From: an uncultured virus (IMG/VR IMGVR_UViG_3300028422_001054)
Lineage: Duplodnaviria > Heunggongvirae > Uroviricota > Caudoviricetes
IMG/VR virus record: IMGVR_UViG_3300028422_001054
DNA: 64,000 bases
Direction: 5' to 3' (one strand)
Part shown: one piece after another, positions 58,867-64,000 of the stretch
How the letters are laid out: every line of letters starts with the position of its first letter
Numbering within the stretch: the first letter of the stretch is position 1
The notes under the pieces: generated by a model
What the model was told of the DNA's origin: nothing
The model's input: only the letters and a program-made list of their open reading frames with translations
Database searches by the model: none
Translations under genes and position numbers: made by a program

Positions 58867-59115
58867 TTGATTTTGAAAGAAGTATATATAGTGTCATGTA
58901 TTATTACGTTACTAGGAATTTTATTGGTTATTTCTGGAGCAGGTTTACCTCGAAAAGAGAACTCTCTCAACGAAGATAGGGTCTCTTTTTATTTTTATAC
59001 CTTTATGGGATTATCTCATAGATTAAAACTGTACTATTATTCCCTTGTCCCAGAGTTAAGTAAGATAGTTCAAGAGTATGAATCATCTCCAGCGATTACA
59101 AAGGATATTTTATGA
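58867..59115 (+). CDS. Membrane-anchored hypothetical protein
   Basis: AAGGAG RBS; N-terminal TM helix. Confidence 0.55.
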   Translation: MILKEVYIVSCIITLLGILLVISGAGLPRKENSLNEDRVSFYFYTFMGLSHRLKLYYYSLVPELSKIVQEYESSPAITKDIL

Positions 59116-59453
59116 TAGGACTTATATATCTATGTGTTGTAGCTCTTTTAGCTTGGGTCTTAACATACTTTACGAGAGCTAAGACCTTAAGCTCACCTAA
59201 ACAAATAGAGGCTTTTATCATGAATGAAAAAACATGGTCTAATATTAAAGCTTTTGACCCAAAATTCGCAAATGACGGATCTTATAGAGGATGTAAGGTG
59301 GTTATATCAGATCTTATATTGGATAATGAGGTTTTTGTTAAGTATCGAGCAGCTTCTCAGTATATTGAGTTATCTATTGGCCTCTATATTCCAGAACCTT
59401 TTAAAGAATCTCCTGCGATCAAGACCATTAATTTAGACCAGGCTTTCGATTGA
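59112..59453 (+). CDS. Membrane-anchored hypothetical protein
   Basis: N-terminal TM helix; ATGA coupling. Confidence 0.6.
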   Translation: MIGLIYLCVVALLAWVLTYFTRAKTLSSPKQIEAFIMNEKTWSNIKAFDPKFANDGSYRGCKVVISDLILDNEVFVKYRAASQYIELSIGLYIPEPFKESPAIKTINLDQAFD

Positions 59454-59884
59454 ATTTAACAATAAAAACTTTACAGGATGAAAAAGACCTTAAAAATCTT
59501 TTAGAGTTTATTAGTAAGCAGGAACAATATTATCCAAACTTTAAAGATTGGGTTTTTGGTAAACTCCAGAATAGGTTAGAGAATACATCCTATAAAAGTT
59601 TGATAGCTGTTGAGAATAAGGCTATTCTTGGTTGTTTGGTTTATTCAGATGTTGAAGATATAACCTATATAAAGAATTTCAGAATAGATACCTTTTATCA
59701 GAATAGGTCTTTAGGAACTTTTCTCCTTAATCAGATAGTAGGGAAAAACTCCATTATTACAGATATTACAACTACCAATTTTAAAGCTGTTGAGTTTTTT
59801 ATTAAACAAGGTTTTAAAATAGCTTCTATGGAAGAGCTTTATTTGAAAGGGCAGCAGGAATACATTATAAAGAAAAGTCTTTAA
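59450..59884 (+). CDS. GNAT acetyltransferase
   Basis: YP.F..W, I...YQNRSLGT.LL, N..A..FF.K.GF. Confidence 0.8.
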   Translation: MNLTIKTLQDEKDLKNLLEFISKQEQYYPNFKDWVFGKLQNRLENTSYKSLIAVENKAILGCLVYSDVEDITYIKNFRIDTFYQNRSLGTFLLNQIVGKNSIITDITTTNFKAVEFFIKQGFKIASMEELYLKGQQEYIIKKSL

Positions 59885-60108
59885 ACGTCATGTTAAGTGC
59901 TGAGAGCATATTTTTCTAGGAAGTATGCTTTTTAAAGTCTTTGTTGAAAAGGCCTCAGTAAGAATAACACCTCGGGATAAACCCTTCTTTAGTAAATAAG
60001 AAAATTCTAGCCTTCCTATAGAAAGGGTTATTCCTAAAACGCAATATTTTCTAGTAAATGATTGACATAATTATTATATACGTCTACTATGTTGAAAGGA
60101 GTTTATTA

Positions 60109-60327
60109 GTGGATTTAAAATTAACTGATTTGAAAAATGATTTAGGCTTATTAGAGACAACTAAATCTTGTTTAGAGCAAGAAATAGCTCTTTAAAAAGA
60201 AGCTATTTCTATGCATCTATGCCCTTACAAGGTTGGTGACTTTATCAATAGGTTTAGATTAAAAAATGATCGAGAGTTTTATAAACAGCCTGTTAGGGCC
60301 TGGATGCGGATACGTATGATTCAATAG
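60109..60327 (+). pseudogene. Interrupted hypothetical gene
   Basis: TTGACA-N17-TACTAT promoter and AAGGAG RBS; coiled-coil ORF broken by TAA at 60193-60195, frame continues KEAISMHLCPYKVGD. Confidence 0.55.
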
Positions 60328-60370
60328 AATTTGATTTAAATAACACAGTTATATCAGGAGGAAATGATAA

Positions 60371-60679
60371 TTGAAAGATTTTAACATAGGTGATGTTGCC
60401 TATAGGATGATACGTCCTACAGAAACAGTTACAGGAGAATGTGCTTTACCTGTAACCATAGAAAGTGTTGTTAAAGAAGAATCAAATCAGGGAACTGTTA
60501 TCATAAAATATTATGTAACCTACGGAACTTTTGACGAAGGAGATTATTTAGAGCCTAAATATCTTTTTGCGTCAAAACAAGAAGCTCTTGATGGTATGAA
60601 AAAGATATTGTGTGAAGATTTGATTAAACTTAATGATAAAATCTTGAAGATAAATAATGCTTTGGAGGAAATAAGATGA
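60371..60679 (+). CDS. Hypothetical protein
   Basis: GGAGG RBS; FNIGD.AY...LF.SK.EA. Confidence 0.65.
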   Translation: MKDFNIGDVAYRMIRPTETVTGECALPVTIESVVKEESNQGTVIIKYYVTYGTFDEGDYLEPKYLFASKQEALDGMKKILCEDLIKLNDKILKINNALEEIR

Positions 60680-61797
60680 AATGTTCTTTAGAAGAATTAA
60701 ATAAACTGATGGATGGAAATTATGGAGACTTAGATTTAAGTCATACTCCAATTACCTCGGTACCTAAAGGGTTGAAAGTTGGAGGTAGTTTAGATTTAAG
60801 CAATACTCAAATTACCTCTTTACCAGGAGATTTAAAGGTTGGAGGTAGCTTAGATTTAAGAAATACTCCAATTAAATCGTTACCAGAAGGCTTGAAAGTG
60901 GGAAGAGACTTATATTTAAGGGATACTCCAATTTCATCATTACCAGGAGATTTAAAGGTGGGAGGTTGGTTAGATTTAAGAAATACTAAAATTAAATCGT
61001 TACCAGAAAGGTTAACTGTTGGAGGACATTTAAATTTAGAAAATACTCCAATTAAATCATTACCTGAAGGATTAACTGTTGGCGGTTGGTTAGATTTAAG
61101 AAATACTCCAATTTCATCATTACCAGGAGATTTAAAGGTCGGCGGATATTTAGATTTAAGCCGTAATCCAATTACATCGTTACCTGAAGGGTTAACCGTT
61201 GGAGGTAGCTTATGTTTAGGAAGTACTTCAATTACATCGTTACCTGAAGGGTTAACGGTTGGAGGCAACTTATATTTAGAAAATACTAAAATTAAATCGT
61301 TACCAAAAGATTTAAAAGTTGGAGGTACCATATTTAGCGATTTACCTGAAAGCGAACTAAACTACACAAAACTTCAACAAGGTGATTATGTTGAAAACTC
61401 ATACCTCTTTGCTGATAGAAGCTTAACTCACATTAAATTTAAAAAGTCTTTTGATAAGTACACATATTTTATTGGAGAGTTTGAAGGTCAAAACGTACTT
61501 TACGATGGTACATATTATGCACATTGTAAAAACATTAAACAAGGAATCGAGGATCTTAACTTTAAACATGCTAAAGATAGAGGATCTGATCACTATAAAA
61601 ATCTAAAATTATCAAGTATCTTAACTTTTGAGGAATCTAAAACAATGTACAGGGTTTTAACCGGAGCATGTAGGCAAGAAACTGAAAGTTTTGTTAATAA
61701 CTTAAAAACAATAAAAGAGCAGTATACCGTTCAGGAATTAGTAGATTTAACTGTTAATCAATATGGGCATGAAACTTTTAAGAAGTTTTTTAATTGA
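60676..61797 (+). CDS. 20-aa LRR-repeat protein, copy 5 (10 repeats, 373 aa)
   Basis: Same architecture as copies 1-4; GGAGG RBS. Confidence 0.9.
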   Translation: MKCSLEELNKLMDGNYGDLDLSHTPITSVPKGLKVGGSLDLSNTQITSLPGDLKVGGSLDLRNTPIKSLPEGLKVGRDLYLRDTPISSLPGDLKVGGWLDLRNTKIKSLPERLTVGGHLNLENTPIKSLPEGLTVGGWLDLRNTPISSLPGDLKVGGYLDLSRNPITSLPEGLTVGGSLCLGSTSITSLPEGLTVGGNLYLENTKIKSLPKDLKVGGTIFSDLPESELNYTKLQQGDYVENSYLFADRSLTHIKFKKSFDKYTYFIGEFEGQNVLYDGTYYAHCKNIKQGIEDLNFKHAKDRGSDHYKNLKLSSILTFEESKTMYRVLTGACRQETESFVNNLKTIKEQYTVQELVDLTVNQYGHETFKKFFN

Positions 61798-61831
61798 AGC
61801 CCTCATTAAGGGTGATCTTAGGGAGGAAGAT

Positions 61832-62014
61832 ATGGGGAAATACAATAAGATATTGTATAAGAAAATATTACAGTCGGTACTAGATTCAAAAGGTACTGCT
61901 TGTTATGCGGATGAAGATGAATGTATAAAGTGTCCTTGCCAGGAATACTGTGGGACCGATGATGCTAAACATTTCGCTTTAGTCGAGAAATGGTTTAAGC
62001 AGTTTAGAACGTAA
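61832..62014 (+). CDS. Small Cys-rich protein
   Basis: ATG after GGAGG; C.....C..CPC...C. Confidence 0.55.
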   Translation: MGKYNKILYKKILQSVLDSKGTACYADEDECIKCPCQEYCGTDDAKHFALVEKWFKQFRT

Positions 62015-62045
62015 CAAACTAAATGACGACAAATAGGAGGTTTTC

Positions 62046-62387
62046 GTGAAAGAGTGTGAATATATAGCACATGCTTGTATTAAAAGAAAAGATGGTGTTT
62101 TTGCTACAGGTAGGAGTCATTCTGAGATAATAAACTCCTCTCCTTATGGAACATGTAAAAATATTCCATCAGAAAATCAAGGATTTATGACTAGTAGAAA
62201 TAGATTTGTAGGTAGGACGGTAGCTTTCGAGATAGCTTACGAAGCTAATCAAATAACTGAAGAGATGTATGAGAACAGTTGTCCTAGATATCTACTAAGT
62301 GAATATATTTGGTCAGATATGAGAATACCTTATGATTTAGTAACAGGTTATTTGTATAATGGAGATAATAATGATAGATGTAATTAA
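62046..62387 (+). CDS. Hypothetical phage protein
   Basis: AGGAGG RBS; GRSH...QGFMTS..RFV.R..A..IA..A.Q. Confidence 0.65.
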   Translation: MKECEYIAHACIKRKDGVFATGRSHSEIINSSPYGTCKNIPSENQGFMTSRNRFVGRTVAFEIAYEANQITEEMYENSCPRYLLSEYIWSDMRIPYDLVTGYLYNGDNNDRCN

Positions 62388-62634
62388 AGGTCAAAAGATT
62401 TGGGTAGAGCTTACAGCTAAAGAAGATATGTTAGGCAATGAACAGAAGCGTAATATTTGGGAACTTTACAGTGGTAAACTGGTTTTAGATAAATTTGAGA
62501 CTACTTCGATAATTTTTAACGAAGCTCATTTCAATGAAAAAGTTAAAAAAGATTTAACTGAAAAACTTCTTGAACTCAAATTATTAGATACTAATTTATT
62601 ATCCAATATAGTTTTAAACTCTGGAGGATTTTAA
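62371..62634 (+). CDS. Hypothetical protein
   Basis: GGAG RBS before ATG 62371. Confidence 0.55.
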   Translation: MIDVIKGQKIWVELTAKEDMLGNEQKRNIWELYSGKLVLDKFETTSIIFNEAHFNEKVKKDLTEKLLELKLLDTNLLSNIVLNSGGF

Positions 62635-62889
62635 GTAAATACCTATAATGAAAACAGCTACTTAAGAGAATGTTTTAATAGTTAGCTAGTAAATAAGTTA
62701 AAAAGCACTTCTGTTCAAGTGGTATTCTCTTTATTTTCAAAGGTACTTTTATCCGGTATTTTAATCCCATAAAACTTTAATAGACCAACTATCCGGACAT
62801 CTCGGATAGTTGATCTTAATAATATTGATACGTTTAAGCATCTACTTTCTAATAATTAGAAATCTTTAGAAGGTCAAGAGCTTCGTAGG

Positions 62890-63039
62890 TTACTTTGTAT
62901 TAGACTGTTGAATATTGTTCATCCACCCAAAAGCCACTAGAATCCACATGAGCTTGATATCAAACCATTTCATACTCATATACAAACATCCAAGAAATAA
63001 TCCTGATGTCAAAAATCCTGTAATAATTTTCTTTTTCAT
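62890..63039 (-). CDS. 49-aa membrane protein (not in ORF track)
   Basis: GGGAG RBS; MKKKIITGFLTSGLFLGCLYMSMKWFDIKLMWILVAFGWMNNIQQSNTK. Confidence 0.65.
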   Translation of the reverse strand: MKKKIITGFLTSGLFLGCLYMSMKWFDIKLMWILVAFGWMNNIQQSNTK

Positions 63040-63076
63040 TGTTTACTCTCCCTAAAAGTATTAGTATTTTTCTTAG

Positions 63077-63376
63077 TTAGTCAATGCACTCTCTAAGTAA
63101 TGAATAACATTCGTTTTTGTCTGTACTTAAAGCTCGTACTAAGGCATCCCAGTTATTACTTATATTTCTCCATTGACTACTAACTTTACGCATGTGATTT
63201 ACATTATATAAGTCTAAACTATTTATTGCAGCAATACATCTTTTTAAATCATCGCAATCATGTGGATGATTTATATTAGTATTATGATCTCGATCAATAT
63301 ATTGATTTATAATAGCTCGTGAGCTTAACCCCACATCACCTTCCACTAAGTATTTAATTACTCTATAGGCATTCAT
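63077..63376 (-). CDS. Hypothetical phage protein
   Basis: GGAGG RBS; GDVGLSS...HPHD..DL.RC. Confidence 0.7.
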   Translation of the reverse strand: MNAYRVIKYLVEGDVGLSSRAIINQYIDRDHNTNINHPHDCDDLKRCIAAINSLDLYNVNHMRKVSSQWRNISNNWDALVRALSTDKNECYSLLRECID

Positions 63377-63553
63377 AGCTTATATCCTCCCAATTCAATA
63401 ATAAGACATAATATTTAATGTATCTCTCTAGAGAACTACTTGTCTATAGGAAGTGTACTATTTTGATAAGTTTTGTGCAAGAGGGAGCTTACCTAGTTGA
63501 CACAAAATACTTTTTATTAAATACTGATATAAACGGTACTAAAAGGAAAATAT

Positions 63554-63826
63554 ATGATTTGTACACGATGTGAAGGGACTGGTTATTTAAATACACATCA
63601 ATTAAACGAGACTATGGAAAAAGCCCTAAATGTTTTAGGTCCTGAGCTATTTCTCGAGAAATATAAAGGTTTTGTGAAATCAAATAAAAATGATGTCCAG
63701 GTTTGTGATTGTTGTGGGGATAGTGCTCTATGGTACGGTATTCCAGGAGAGCATTATAATATAGAAGACCCTAAAGGACGTAAAGGGGTTTATGGATACA
63801 ATGGAGGGTTTAGTGAATGCCACTAA
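63554..63826 (+). CDS. Zinc-finger-like hypothetical protein
   Basis: CTRCEGTG...CDCCG; TTGACA promoter at 63497. Confidence 0.65.
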   Translation: MICTRCEGTGYLNTHQLNETMEKALNVLGPELFLEKYKGFVKSNKNDVQVCDCCGDSALWYGIPGEHYNIEDPKGRKGVYGYNGGFSECH

Positions 63827-64000
63827 TGCCTCGAGACGAATATTCAGGGAAAATCTATAAATCGCCTTACGATACTATAAGGAGTAATGATTTTTGTGGT
63901 TGGGGTGTTGTTAAAGAATGCTATGGTATAAAAGAAGGTTCTTAGAATCAAATAAAAAATTTAGAAAAAGAGTTTTAATTTATTTAAAAAAGGAATACTC

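Noticed and set aside
1573..59436. Short nested or antisense ORFs in the track (e.g. 1573, 3823, 8445, 10036, 14671, 23842, 34437, 53305, 59224)
   Set aside because: They lie inside well-supported genes and show no recognisable motifs.
46514..61331. Antisense ORFs 46514-46894 and 60807-61331
   Set aside because: Shadow frames of the LRR repeat genes; their periodicity simply mirrors the sense repeats.
44816..61797. Diversity-generating retroelement acting on the LRR repeats (many variable codons look like AAY derivatives)
   Set aside because: No reverse transcriptase or non-coding template repeat in the window; variants such as TGG and many non-A synonymous changes do not fit adenine-only mutagenesis, and T-ending codons reflect AT bias. 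An RT elsewhere in the genome cannot be excluded.
1..64000. Stop-codon reassignment
   Set aside because: Long conserved genes are intact in code 11 and TAA, TAG and TGA all terminate genes at expected positions.

Overview
AT-rich, gene-dense segment, almost all on the + strand, of a large lytic-type tailed phage (T4-like baseplate wedge genes suggest a myovirus). The host is probably an anaerobic or facultatively anaerobic diderm bacterium (inference). Left to right: an nrdD-nrdG-pflB glycyl-radical operon; a structured non-coding stretch ending in an atypical tRNA-like element; a sigma54-type Hsp20 gene, Gam-like and 2H-phosphoesterase (Acb1-like) genes; SbcC/SbcD, DnaX-like clamp loader and primase; baseplate and tail-fibre genes; an M23 endolysin, holin and overlapping spanin-like pair; NAD-dependent ligase; and a ~30 kb accessory region (kinases, DHFR, two methyltransferases, two GNATs, CCA-adding enzyme, DUF262, CYTH, SLOG, an ACP-like protein lacking its Ser, several pseudogenes). 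The most striking element is a dispersed family of five proteins built from exact 20-aa LRR-like units (13, 11, 8, 13 and 10 repeats) with variable surface positions, a constant C-terminal domain and DNA-level mosaicism between copies. A second recurring pattern is promoters lying inside hairpins whose 3' arm is the Shine-Dalgarno. All calls come from reading motifs by eye; no database searches or folding programs were run.
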